Assembly: GCA_037444665.1 (NCBI GenBank)
Contig: JBBILZ010000009.1
Span: 1 to 53,114 of the forward strand
Source: a candidate division WOR-3 bacterium
Lineage (GTDB): Bacteria > Hydrothermota > Tepidihabitantia > SM23-42 > JAOAFX01
Direction of reading: 5' to 3'
Length of the DNA stretch: 53,114 nucleotides
Below the pieces are notes generated by a model that saw only the letters and a program-made list of their open reading frames with translations, was not told the origin of the DNA and searched no databases. Below are positions 1 through 9,607 of this stretch, one piece after another. Both the position numbers and the translations under genes were made by a program. The first letter of the stretch is position 1, and the number at the start of each line of letters is the position of its first letter.

Positions 1-1
1 T

Positions 2-157
2 GTAGCGCGTGCCATTGACCTTGTTGAACTAAAATATATTTTAGGAACAATTGCTGGTGACGATACTATTCTGGTGGTTGTTGATACATACGGGCACGCA
101 AAATTAATTTTTAAGAAATTTCAGGATTTCCTTTTAAAGCCTAAAACGACCAGATAA
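2..157 (+). CDS. argR: Arginine repressor, C-terminal part (truncated by window edge)
   Basis: Manual translation VARAIDLVELKYILGTIAGDDTILVV...; GTIAGDDT arginine-binding motif; lies upstream of argG. Confidence 0.93.
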   Translation, partial: VARAIDLVELKYILGTIAGDDTILVVVDTYGHAKLIFKKFQDFLLKPKTTR

Positions 158-235
158 AAGTCTATCAAAATAATTACCCTCAACTTACTTGGTCCCTATC
201 CACTTTTACTCGCTTTTAATATTTTTAAAAATTTA

Positions 236-426
236 GTAGTTGCCTCATTTATGAGGCTTTTTATCTCTTAACCATACCAGCTTCCACGCCGTATAACCAA
301 TAACCATACTAACTGCTATACCCTATAACCTTAGACCTGCGTTTTACCAACTTTTGATATGATGCCTGATAAATCAGGTAACTACATTTTTCTCACAAGG
401 GGATGCCCGATAAATCGGGCGACTAC
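236..426. repeat. Three GTAG-type REP-like palindromes (236-257 +, 364-385 -, 405-426 -) with an intervening ATAACC-like hexamer tract
   Basis: GTAGTTGCCTCATTTATGAGGC and reverse-strand GCCTGATAAATCAGGTAACTAC, GCCCGATAAATCGGGCGACTAC. Confidence 0.85.
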
Positions 427-504
427 AATTGGGGTTAAAATTTCCTTTTTGGCAAAAGCAGACGATAAGTCAGAAAAAGGGAGAGGACATAATTAACTTG
501 CCCC

Positions 505-539
505 TTGACAAGAATTATATTTTATGTATAATTATGCAC
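505..539 (+). promoter_or_regulatory. argG promoter (TTGACA-N16-TATAAT) overlapped by a putative ARG box
   Basis: TTGACA 505-510, TATAAT 527-532; imperfect palindrome ATGTATAATTATGCAC 524-539 resembles the ArgR operator. Confidence 0.7.
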
Positions 540-569
540 TTTTTCTTTATAAATATAAAAGGAGGCTTA

Positions 570-1811
570 ATGGAAAAAGTGCTGTTGGCTTATTCGGGTG
601 GACTGGATACTTCAGTTGCAATTAAGATGATTGCCGAGAAGTATAATGCCGAGGTTGCCACCCTGACGGTAAATGTCGGGCAGAACGAAGATATCTTTGC
701 AATTCGTGATAAGGCATTGTATATCGGCGCCCGACAGGCTTTTATTGTTGATGCGGAAGAAGAATTTGTTAATGAATATATTCTTCCGGCGATCAAGGCG
801 AATGCCTTTTACGAAGGTGCATATCCACTGGCAACTGCGCTCGCCCGACCCTTAATGGTCAAACACCTTATTGAAATTGCCCGAAACATCGGCGCACATT
901 ATATCGCTCATGGCTGCACAGGCAAAGGTAATGACCAGGTGCGATTTGAGGCATCTGCATCTGCCCTTGCCCCGGAGATTAAGATAATTGCCCCAATGCG
1001 TGAGTTCAACCTGAAAAGGGATTTTGAACTTGAATATGCCAGTAAGAATAATATTCCGATTGAAAATAAGGCATCACATTTTTCTATTGATGAAAATATC
1101 TGGGGCAGGAGCATTGAATGCGGACCGATTGAAGATGAAACAAGAGAACCACCTGAAGAGGCGTTTGAATGGACAAAATCTCCGCTTGATGTTGTTGATG
1201 CTCCATTTGAGATTGAAATTGGATTTGAAATGGGCGTGCCAGTCGCATTAAATGGAGAAGTGATGAAGCCGGTTGATTTGATTAAAAAACTCAATCAAAT
1301 TGGTGGGGAATATGGTGTGGGCAGAATAGACCATATTGAATCGCGACTTGTGGGCATTAAATCCCGTGAGGTCTACGAAGCACCCGCTGCACTGATTCTT
1401 ATAAAGGCACACCAGGACCTGGAAAAACTTGTGCTGACAAGGGATGTGTTGCATTTCAAACCGATGCTGGAAAATCTATTTACTGAACTCGTTTACAATG
1501 GTTTATGGTTCAGTCCCCTGCGTTCAGCAGTCTCTGCCTTTATTGAAGAGACACAAAAGAATGTTTCGGGTCAGGTGAAAATGAAACTTTACAAAGGTTC
1601 TGCTGTAGTCATTGGCAGGCAATCAGATAGGAGCCTTTATATAAAAAATCTCGCAACCTATGAAGGCGTTGATACATTTGACCAGAACGCAGCAAAAGGG
1701 TTTATTGAACTCTGGTCTTTACCTTTAAAAGTTCATACATTTGTGTCGTCTCAAGTAACCGGGGAAAAATCGGTTGATGTTACAAGTACAATTTCAGGAG
1801 AAAAAATATGA
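570..1811 (+). CDS. argG: Argininosuccinate synthase
   Basis: LAYSGGLDTS, HGCTGKGNDQVRF, KSREVYEAP motifs; ATG 570 follows GGAGG. Confidence 0.97.
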   Translation: MEKVLLAYSGGLDTSVAIKMIAEKYNAEVATLTVNVGQNEDIFAIRDKALYIGARQAFIVDAEEEFVNEYILPAIKANAFYEGAYPLATALARPLMVKHLIEIARNIGAHYIAHGCTGKGNDQVRFEASASALAPEIKIIAPMREFNLKRDFELEYASKNNIPIENKASHFSIDENIWGRSIECGPIEDETREPPEEAFEWTKSPLDVVDAPFEIEIGFEMGVPVALNGEVMKPVDLIKKLNQIGGEYGVGRIDHIESRLVGIKSREVYEAPAALILIKAHQDLEKLVLTRDVLHFKPMLENLFTELVYNGLWFSPLRSAVSAFIEETQKNVSGQVKMKLYKGSAVVIGRQSDRSLYIKNLATYEGVDTFDQNAAKGFIELWSLPLKVHTFVSSQVTGEKSVDVTSTISGEKI

Positions 1812-3163
1812 AAAATAAGATACCTGAAATAAAGCATAAACTTCCGGGTAAGAATGCAAAAAAGATAATAGCAAAGGAAGAAAAGTATCTTGCAACAACG
1901 ACCAAACATTTGCCATTAGCGATAAAACAGGGAAAAGGTTCAATCATTGAAGATGTTGATGGTAATCAATTTATTGATTTTACAACTGGTGTCTGTGTTA
2001 CCAATATTGGAATAGGACACAAAAAGGTAATTAACGCGATCACCAGTCAGAGCAAAAAATTCATTTATTTTGCCGGAACTGATTTTTCTTATGCGGTTCA
2101 GGCTGAACTTGCAAAAAAACTCACTGAAATCATACCGGGTAATTTTCCAAAAAAGGTATTCTTTGCCAACTCAGGGGCTGAATCAATTGAGGCAGCAATC
2201 AAATTGAGTAAGTGGTCAACAAAGAGGAATCAATTCATTGGATTCATTGGTGGTTTTCATGGACGAACAATGGGTGCCAATGCCTTTATGGGTTGTAAGG
2301 TTGTTCAGCGTGAACGATACTTTCCAATGATGCCCGGAGTCTGGCAATTGCCTTATGCCTATTGTTTCCGCTGTGCATATCATGAAACATATCCCGACTG
2401 TAACATCTGGTGTGCAAAGATTCTTGAAGAGATTTATTTCAAACAACTGATAGCACCAGAAGAGGTTTCGGCAATCCTTGTAGAGCCGATTCAAGGAGAA
2501 GGTGGCTACATTGTGCCACCCGATGAATTTATTCAGGAATTAAGGAGAATTACTCTGAAATACGGAATTATACTGATTGTAGATGAAGTTCAAACTGGTC
2601 TAGGAAGGACAGGAAAGATGTTCGCAATTGAATACACTGATGTTATCCCGGATATTGTCACGATTGCAAAAGGGCTTGCGTCAGGTCTGCCCATAGGTGC
2701 GGCAATTTTTGATGCACGACTGGATTTTAAGGTCAAAGGTGCCCATTCAAACACCTTTGGGGGTAATCCCGTTTGTTGTTCTGCTGCACTAACAACGATT
2801 GATGTTATAGAAAAAGAAGGGTTGCTCAAAAATGCGACTGAGAATGGTGTTTATATGAAAAACAGGCTTGAAGAATTAAAATCTAATTATGAATTTATTG
2901 GTGATGTGCGCGGTCGTGGGATGTTCATTGCCTGTGAGTTTATCCTGAATAATAATACAAAGCAACCGGCAATAAAATTGACCGATTACATTACAGAATA
3001 CTGTTTTCAAAAGGGTCTTCTGTTGATGCCCTGTGGTTTTTCTTCAATCCGTTTTGTTCCTGCACTTAATATTCCATTTAAATACCTACAAAAAGGTTTT
3101 GACATATTTGCCGAAGCATGCGCACAGGCAGCAAAAAATTTGCATCTGTTAAAGGAAAAATGA
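1808..3163 (+). CDS. Class III PLP-dependent aminotransferase (ornithine/acetylornithine/4-aminobutyrate type)
   Basis: NSGAES, FHGRT, EPIQGEGG, DEVQTGLGRTG, AKGLASG (PLP lysine), NTFGGNP; ATGA overlaps with argG and argH. Confidence 0.9.
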   Translation: MKNKIPEIKHKLPGKNAKKIIAKEEKYLATTTKHLPLAIKQGKGSIIEDVDGNQFIDFTTGVCVTNIGIGHKKVINAITSQSKKFIYFAGTDFSYAVQAELAKKLTEIIPGNFPKKVFFANSGAESIEAAIKLSKWSTKRNQFIGFIGGFHGRTMGANAFMGCKVVQRERYFPMMPGVWQLPYAYCFRCAYHETYPDCNIWCAKILEEIYFKQLIAPEEVSAILVEPIQGEGGYIVPPDEFIQELRRITLKYGIILIVDEVQTGLGRTGKMFAIEYTDVIPDIVTIAKGLASGLPIGAAIFDARLDFKVKGAHSNTFGGNPVCCSAALTTIDVIEKEGLLKNATENGVYMKNRLEELKSNYEFIGDVRGRGMFIACEFILNNNTKQPAIKLTDYITEYCFQKGLLLMPCGFSSIRFVPALNIPFKYLQKGFDIFAEACAQAAKNLHLLKEK

Positions 3164-4584
3164 AAAAAGCTCCTGTCTGGCAAAAGAGATTTAAAACACG
3201 CATACATCCATTTGTATTACAGTTTACGAGTTCAATCCCTGATGACGAAGAGCTGGTGGTTTATGATATTGTCTGTAGTATAGCACATATCAGGATGCTT
3301 GCAAAAAAAGGAATTATATCTCGGTCTGATTATAAAAAAATAAAAAATGGGTTGGAAAAGATATTATCTGATTACAAAAAAGGTAAATTCAAGTTGCTTC
3401 CTGAATACGAAGATGTCCATATGAACATTGAATTTCAATTAAAAAAAATAATAGGTGGCGCTGCTGAAAAACTGCACACTGCTCGTAGTAGAAATGATTT
3501 GATTGCTACTGACTTGAGATTGTATTGCCGTAGTCAAATTATTGCAATTGCGCTGGCAATTGTGCAGCTACAGGAAGTATTACTGCAAAAAGCAATTGAA
3601 TATAAAAAAGTAATAATTCCCGGTTATACACACCTTCAACAGGCACAGCCAATCCTATCTTCTTTTTATCTCTGTTCATTGTTTTATAAATTTCAGCGCG
3701 ACCTTGAACAACTGCTCTCCCTCATCAGATGGGTCAATGTCTTGCCCCTGGGCAGTTGTGCATTTGCTGGTACTGGCATTGAGATAGAACAGGATTTTAT
3801 TGCAAGAAGATTGGCAATGGAGAGAATAAGTGAAAACGCATTAGATGCGGTTTCAGACAGGGACTTTCTCTGCGACACAATCTACTATCTGACAAGAGTG
3901 CAAGTTCATCTTTCTCAACTCGCAGAAGATTTTATTATATTTTGTACCGAGGAATTTAAAATTGTGGAACTTGATGATTCAATTGCTACTGGTTCAAGCA
4001 TTATGCCACAGAAAAAAAATCCTGATGTTTTTGAATTATTAAGGGCACGGGCAGGCAATGCGATTGGTAATCTTACGGGCGCACTGACCATTCTGAAGGG
4101 GTTGCCTAATTCTTACAATCGGGACCTGCAGGAATTAAAACATATCCTTTTTGCACAGGTTAAGCAGTCTTTGAACAATCTAAATATGGCTACCACTGCA
4201 GTCCACAAAATAAAATTTCAAACGAATTCTAACGAATGGATGAAGAAACCCGACTGGATGTGTATCAATGACCTGATTGACTTTTTTGTTAAAGAAGGGT
4301 ATCCTTTTAGAAAGATTTATAATCAGGTTTCCAAAGCAATAGATCGAGCAAATAATGATATGGATAAATTCATTTCGCTTCTGGTGGAAAAAACAAAAAC
4401 ATCTTCTGATACAATAAGAAAGATGCTTACGCCAGAATTTTCTATAAAAAACAAAATCTCTTCTGGTGGAACTGGATTTGATGCGGTAAAAAAACAGATT
4501 ATTTTTATGCGAAGATTGCTATCAAAGAACAGAACAATGATTGAAAATTGTGTAAAATTGAATGGAACTGTCAGAAACACATAA
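3160..4584 (+). CDS. argH: Argininosuccinate lyase
   Basis: HTARSRND, PGYTHLQQAQP, GSSIMPQKKNPD, YNRDLQE. Confidence 0.95.
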   Translation: MKKAPVWQKRFKTRIHPFVLQFTSSIPDDEELVVYDIVCSIAHIRMLAKKGIISRSDYKKIKNGLEKILSDYKKGKFKLLPEYEDVHMNIEFQLKKIIGGAAEKLHTARSRNDLIATDLRLYCRSQIIAIALAIVQLQEVLLQKAIEYKKVIIPGYTHLQQAQPILSSFYLCSLFYKFQRDLEQLLSLIRWVNVLPLGSCAFAGTGIEIEQDFIARRLAMERISENALDAVSDRDFLCDTIYYLTRVQVHLSQLAEDFIIFCTEEFKIVELDDSIATGSSIMPQKKNPDVFELLRARAGNAIGNLTGALTILKGLPNSYNRDLQELKHILFAQVKQSLNNLNMATTAVHKIKFQTNSNEWMKKPDWMCINDLIDFFVKEGYPFRKIYNQVSKAIDRANNDMDKFISLLVEKTKTSSDTIRKMLTPEFSIKNKISSGGTGFDAVKKQIIFMRRLLSKNRTMIENCVKLNGTVRNT

Positions 4585-4594
4585 AATAATTGGT

Positions 4595-5809
4595 TTAATC
4601 AGCGAAGCGCGGATTAACGATATTGCTGTAGATTGAGCCAAAGGTATATGAGAGTCCGATTGATAGATAATAAGAATATTGTGTGGCAAGCAGTTTTTTC
4701 TGAAGAATAATCTCTTCTTCGGTCAGTTCCCGTTTGGGCAAAGATAATTGGTCATGAATCATTGATACATAGGAGAAGATATTGAATGATAGGCCTTTTA
4801 ATAAAGGCAGGGAAATATTAGTGTAGAGTGTGGCCCGATTTTTTTTGAAGTCGTGAAAATAATGCGATACATCAAGAGTAATATCCAGTGACCCCCAGGG
4901 TTGTTTAATGTCAATCCCTAATGATGCGGATTCTTTAAATAGTCCCTCTTCCAATTTGTCGTAAATCGTTGTTTCATAATATTCGTAATAGATATAGCCA
5001 ATATCATAGAGTAGGGTCAATTTTCTGCTTGAAGATTCATCATACGGATAAATATTATACTCAATGGCGGGTGCGATGCCACTACTTATATGGATATTTT
5101 GATAGGTTGAAGAATAAAAAGAGAGGTAACTACCTGCAGAAAGATGGTTGTTCAATCCCATAACCAGACTTGTGGAACCACTGTAACTCTCTGATTCATT
5201 GGTAATTGTGGTATCATCCAGTTTGTATACATTGTAGGTATAGTAATAACTCAGGTCATTCAAAATTTTCCAGTCCTTTAAAATTTTGTTGACCGATAGT
5301 GTTGTATTCAGAGAATTGAAGTTCAATTTTTGCTGCCCATTGAGATATGCATTTAAACCGATGGTAAAAACCCAGTTATGCCAGGGGTCTTTGGGTGTTA
5401 CCGTAACCTTTTTTTCTATTAGATTAATTGAGAGTCTTTCTGCAATCGGAGTTCTACTTAAATAGCGGACAAGCCCGAGTTTTAATCTTTTTGCGAGTTC
5501 TTTTCTGATTGTATCATCTGAGTCAGATTTCAATGAAACATACTTGAGCGTATCATTCATACCCGTAAAATTTTTTTGACCCGTGAAAAAAAGAGTAAAT
5601 TCTGTTCCTTCACCAGCAGTGGTTTGGGTTGTGACCAATATATAAATATCTGCATCCTGCCGGCTAATTACATAATTTACATAGGGTATTTCAGCTTTGA
5701 TAAAGTCCATATCAAGGGGTTCATAATCAACAAAAACACTGGGTGTTTGTGTTTTGAGCAATTCTTCAGTTCCGTTGGCTAATAGAAATAAGGAAAAGAA
5801 TAGAGTCAT
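4595..5809 (-). CDS. Hypothetical outer-membrane protein (probable beta-barrel C-terminal half)
   Basis: Short hydrophobic N-terminus; alternating Tyr/Ser/Asn-rich strands; ends ...SYTFGSIYSNIVNPRFAD. Confidence 0.6.
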   Translation of the reverse strand: MTLFFSLFLLANGTEELLKTQTPSVFVDYEPLDMDFIKAEIPYVNYVISRQDADIYILVTTQTTAGEGTEFTLFFTGQKNFTGMNDTLKYVSLKSDSDDTIRKELAKRLKLGLVRYLSRTPIAERLSINLIEKKVTVTPKDPWHNWVFTIGLNAYLNGQQKLNFNSLNTTLSVNKILKDWKILNDLSYYYTYNVYKLDDTTITNESESYSGSTSLVMGLNNHLSAGSYLSFYSSTYQNIHISSGIAPAIEYNIYPYDESSSRKLTLLYDIGYIYYEYYETTIYDKLEEGLFKESASLGIDIKQPWGSLDITLDVSHYFHDFKKNRATLYTNISLPLLKGLSFNIFSYVSMIHDQLSLPKRELTEEEIILQKKLLATQYSYYLSIGLSYTFGSIYSNIVNPRFAD

Positions 5810-5908
5810 TATTAAATTCCCCTTGAGGATTTTACACTGAAAAACAAAAAAGTCAACACTACATTTGTCTGACTACTCCCCACTTTTTACAAAAGTTAAT
5901 CATTTATT

Positions 5909-6212
5909 CCCTCCCTTGATGCCTGTCCGCCTCAGGTGGAGGAGGGGATAAAGGGGAAGGTGGTTTTTATCTATATTTGCGTATTACTTTCTTCTTTTTT
6001 GGCAAAATTCTTATGTTTTTGTAGAAACAATGTGTAACACCCCCGCGCTAATCCTCCCCCTTCAAGGGGGAGACCACTACACAGTATGGCGGCAAGGGTG
6101 GGGGGTGCACCATAAACCACGCCCTATAACCATACTGGCAGCCATGCCCTATAACCAATAACCATATTTAATCCTCCCTCAATTCTTTTTTTAAAGGGAG
6201 AGATAGGGGGAT
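5909..6212. repeat. Cluster of G/C-run palindromic repeats (CCTCCCCCTTCAAGGGGGAG family) with an ATAACC tract
   Basis: Palindromes at 5909-5946, 6038-6107 and 6170-6212; a related copy lies at 6536-6598. Confidence 0.75.
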
Positions 6213-6277
6213 TATATGTTGTGTGAGATTTATCGATTTAAAAAAATTTATATTAGTTTTTTAGTGGGTAAATAAAC

Positions 6278-6370
6278 TGGGCGGTACTGGACTTGTCGCC
6301 GCACTATGATATAGTGCGGGATCCCGTTTCATTTGATATAAAAAATGCAATGAGAGAAACGGGAAACCAG
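6278..6370 (-). pseudogene. tRNA-Val-like 3' fragment (T-arm plus acceptor strand) interrupted in the T-loop by a 69-nt double-hairpin insert
   Basis: Removing 6296-6364 rebuilds CTGGTTCAAGTCCAGTACCGCCCA on the minus strand. Confidence 0.55.
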
Positions 6371-6418
6371 ACGAGATTGGCACACGCTTGTTTTGATGCC
6401 TGCGCCGTCAGAGAGAAG

Positions 6419-6492
6419 TGGGCGGTGAGCGACTTGAACGCTCGACCTTCGGTATGTGAGACCGACGCTCTGACCAACTGAGCTAACCGCCC
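6419..6492 (-). tRNA. tRNA-Val(CAC), CCA not encoded
   Basis: GGGCGGTTAGCTCAGTTGGTCAGAGCG-TCGGT-CTCACAT-ACCGA-AGGTCGAGCGTTCAAGTCGCTCACCGCCCA folds as a cloverleaf. Confidence 0.95.
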
Positions 6493-6535
6493 GAAAAGAT
6501 CGTTAATCGTAATAAGGTTGCGAAGCTCGTTTCGT

Positions 6536-6645
6536 CACCCCCTCCTATATCCTCCCCCTTCAAGGGGGAGGGCACGGGTGGGGGTGCACCATAAACCAAA
6601 GACCTCAGACCATACCAGCATCCATACCCAATAACCAATGACCAT
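6536..6645. repeat. Second copy of the CACCCCC..CCTCCCCCTTCAAGGGGGAG..GGGGGTGCACCATAAACCA element plus hexamer tract
   Basis: Direct similarity to 6038-6165. Confidence 0.75.
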
Positions 6646-6673
6646 TCTGTTATCCAGTATCAAGGAATCCACA

Positions 6674-7588
6674 TTACAATCGCAAACGCCACCAGATAAA
6701 GATTACTATTAGTACACTAAGTCCTGAGAGCCCTAAGATAATCCAGAATGCATAAGGATGTCCTTGCAGTGGAAGTGGAACATTCATAGAGAAAATAGAT
6801 ACTACCATTGTCGGCACCATTAACAAAATTGTTATGATATTTAATACTTTTATTAAAATATTCAGATTATTACTTACAATAGATGCGCGCGCATCCATAA
6901 GGCTGGCAAGAATCTCTGAATAATTTTGTGCCTGTTCATAGCACTGATTATTTTCAATTGTGATATCATCAAGTAATTCCATTAAATCCTGGTTCAATTC
7001 AAATTTTGATGCATTATGTTTTATCTTTTCAATCAACATACTATTGGAGTGGATGGCATCAAGGTAATAGACTAGACTCTTTTCCAATGAGAACATACTT
7101 ATTAGATATCTATTCTCCATTGAGCGATTTATTTTCTGCTCTAATTCATCAGTGATTAAATTGATTACTTTTAAATGGTCAACAAAATGGTGTATTGAGC
7201 GGTAAATCATCTTTAATAGTAACTCACTCAGGGACGAGACATTTAGAAATAGTTTGCCATCAAATAAAGTAATCTCTTCTGATGAAATAATAATCAAAAA
7301 GTTTTTAAAAAAGAAGATACCAACAGTTGGCACTTTGAATAATAACTGGTCGCGCGCTTCATATTTTTTGGGTCTCTTCAAAATTATAGCGATATGCTCA
7401 GGTTCAAATTCCAAACGGGCGAGCTCGTTCGGGTCTAACGCAGACTGTAAGGTATGCTCATCTATTTTATATTTTTCAATTAAAAACTTTTTCTCAGTTT
7501 CATCTGGATTGATATAATAATAAATACAAGCCTTTTCTTTTGCGGTCTCAGTGATCTTGCCTTGGATTATGTTGTAATACTTTAACAA
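6674..7588 (-). CDS. corA: CorA-family Mg2+/Co2+ transporter
   Basis: Two C-terminal TM helices with FSMNV (GMN-like) motif; long coiled stalk. Confidence 0.88.
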   Translation of the reverse strand: MLKYYNIIQGKITETAKEKACIYYYINPDETEKKFLIEKYKIDEHTLQSALDPNELARLEFEPEHIAIILKRPKKYEARDQLLFKVPTVGIFFFKNFLIIISSEEITLFDGKLFLNVSSLSELLLKMIYRSIHHFVDHLKVINLITDELEQKINRSMENRYLISMFSLEKSLVYYLDAIHSNSMLIEKIKHNASKFELNQDLMELLDDITIENNQCYEQAQNYSEILASLMDARASIVSNNLNILIKVLNIITILLMVPTMVVSIFSMNVPLPLQGHPYAFWIILGLSGLSVLIVIFIWWRLRL

Positions 7589-8202
7589 GGTTCGGTCAGG
7601 ATTACTCTTCGTCCAACTATTTTATAATTTTTAGAGAGAACAAGATTAATCGCCTCAGTGTATATTCTATGTTCTTCTTTTAAAATTCTTTCAGCGAGTG
7701 TCTCTGGTGTGTCATCATCAAGTATGGGGACAACTGCCTGGGCAATTATTGGTCCACCATCAACTGTGTCATCAACAAAATGAACAGTGCAACCAGAAAA
7801 TTTTACGCCATATTCCAGGGCTTTTTTCTGAACCTCAAGGCCGGGAAATGCTGGTAATAGAGATGGGTGGATATTCAGAATCCTTCCGGCAAATGCAGTA
7901 AGAAGTGGTTGTTTTATAATCCGCATAAATCCTGCCAGACACACAAGTTCAACATTATGTTCTTTTAATACCCGAACATAATTTTCTTCATATTCAGGTA
8001 AGAGCCAGGTTTTTTTAGGCCCGGGGTCAACCCAGAGTGCCTTAATATTATGTGCTCGTGCAATCTCTAATGCCCGTGCGTTTTGATTATCGCTGATTAC
8101 TAACACGAGCTTAGCATGGCAAGTTCCATTCTCAATATTTTTTATGATTGCTTCAAGGTTTGAACCCCGACCTGAAGCAAGGACAGCAATATTATTATTC
8201 AT
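7582..8202 (-). CDS. purN: Phosphoribosylglycinamide formyltransferase
   Basis: VLASGRGSNL, LAGFMRI, NIHPSLLP, GCTVHFVD..VDGGPII. Confidence 0.97.
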   Translation of the reverse strand: MNNNIAVLASGRGSNLEAIIKNIENGTCHAKLVLVISDNQNARALEIARAHNIKALWVDPGPKKTWLLPEYEENYVRVLKEHNVELVCLAGFMRIIKQPLLTAFAGRILNIHPSLLPAFPGLEVQKKALEYGVKFSGCTVHFVDDTVDGGPIIAQAVVPILDDDTPETLAERILKEEHRIYTEAINLVLSKNYKIVGRRVILTEPC

Positions 8203-8239
8203 AAGCCAATTTTATTCATTAAAAGTTAAAAGTCAACAG

Positions 8240-9607
8240 TTATAGAGTCAAAAGATGCTCCCCCGGGTTAATATCATATTTTTGTGGGTAAACAGCTTTC
8301 ATAATATTGATTGTCTTATCCATCGCCAGGTCAATGATTGGTCCATTTACTTTTTCACCTTTATTGTTTAAAACAATTTTGATGATTGGTCTATCAATAT
8401 GTGCAGGATTCTGGCGTAACACAATGGCAATGGCACCTGTATTCAATTCCAGACAACTGGTTACTGGATATAGTCCAAAGATTTGTATAAAGACCTTGGT
8501 TAAGAGCGGGTCAAAATATGTGTTAATATTTGACCATAAAACTCTTATGGCAACTGCCGGTAAATAGGGAAGAAGTTGATAAGGCCGGGATGTGGTCATT
8601 GCATCATAAGCATCGCAAATGCGAACAATGCGAGCATAAATGGTTGGCTGAGTCTTCTGGTCTAATCTTTCTGGATAGCCGGTTCCATTATAGTTCCAGT
8701 GGTGCTGGTAAGAGGTTAAAAGTGATGCAAAAGAGATATCATCCAGGCCGCGTGTCTTTATAATTTCACTTACACCATAAATAGAGTGGTTTTTCAATAT
8801 TTCCCATTCTTCTTTTGTGAGAGCACTGGATTTATCTATTATCTGTTTTGAAATTGCAACCTTTCCGATATCATGGAGGAGTCCTGCTGTGCCAAGTTTT
8901 ACCAAGTTTTTCTTTTCCATACCGAGGCGTTGTCCCATTGCAAGAGAAAGCACACCAACATTGAGTGAATGGTTATATGTATATTCATCAAAGTTTTTAA
9001 TTGTTGTCAGTGCAATTAATCCGAATTCATCCTGTGACAGGCTGTCAATCAATGTGTATATCACTCTTCTGAAACTCCGTGTATCCACATGCTGTCTGTT
9101 CCAGAGATTCTGTATTAAATTTTTTGTTACCTTCAGTGCCTTAAAATAGGTCTTTTTAATTTGCTCACCATCCTTTAAAAACTCGGGCACCAATTCTTCC
9201 TGTTCAGTTAAAAACTCAACCTGAATTGAACCGAATCCACCATGATTATATTTTTGTATAAATGTATCCTTATCGTATTTAAAGAGTGAACAGAAATTTA
9301 ATAGTTCGTTTGATTTTAAACCCGGTAGAAAGGTAATGGATTTTATCCAGAGTTTTTTTAGAACTTCTTCCATAAACTGAAGACTTGCATATCCTTCAAC
9401 TTCAAAACGCATGCGCACCTTATTAAAAAAGATATAATCACGATACCGAAGAATTTCAATCTGATTGCCCGCCTGGAAAAACTTATTTATATTTTGCAGG
9501 AATCTTTGCACAAGATTTATTACCACATCATTATTAAAATCATATACAAAGGTGGCTTTTATCAGGGCATAAAGACTGTTGATAAAATCCTTACTTGATT
9601 CAGGCAT
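8240..9607 (-). CDS. HD-GYP domain phosphodiesterase with an uncharacterised N-terminal domain
   Basis: YTYNHS, LLHDIGK, HHWNYNGTGYP, DAYDAMTTSRPY. Confidence 0.9.
   Translation of the reverse strand: MPESSKDFINSLYALIKATFVYDFNNDVVINLVQRFLQNINKFFQAGNQIEILRYRDYIFFNKVRMRFEVEGYASLQFMEEVLKKLWIKSITFLPGLKSNELLNFCSLFKYDKDTFIQKYNHGGFGSIQVEFLTEQEELVPEFLKDGEQIKKTYFKALKVTKNLIQNLWNRQHVDTRSFRRVIYTLIDSLSQDEFGLIALTTIKNFDEYTYNHSLNVGVLSLAMGQRLGMEKKNLVKLGTAGLLHDIGKVAISKQIIDKSSALTKEEWEILKNHSIYGVSEIIKTRGLDDISFASLLTSYQHHWNYNGTGYPERLDQKTQPTIYARIVRICDAYDAMTTSRPYQLLPYLPAVAIRVLWSNINTYFDPLLTKVFIQIFGLYPVTSCLELNTGAIAIVLRQNPAHIDRPIIKIVLNNKGEKVNGPIIDLAMDKTINIMKAVYPQKYDINPGEHLLTL

Noticed and set aside
429..569. N-terminal extension of ArgG in the ORF track
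   Set aside because: It runs through a repeat motif and the promoter; the SD and family N-terminus support ATG 570
6296..6364. Self-splicing intron in a tRNA
   Set aside because: Too short for a group I or II intron, and no matching D-arm or anticodon half is found upstream on the minus strand
6293..6481. 62-aa ORF
   Set aside because: Antisense to tRNA-Val and the hairpin insert
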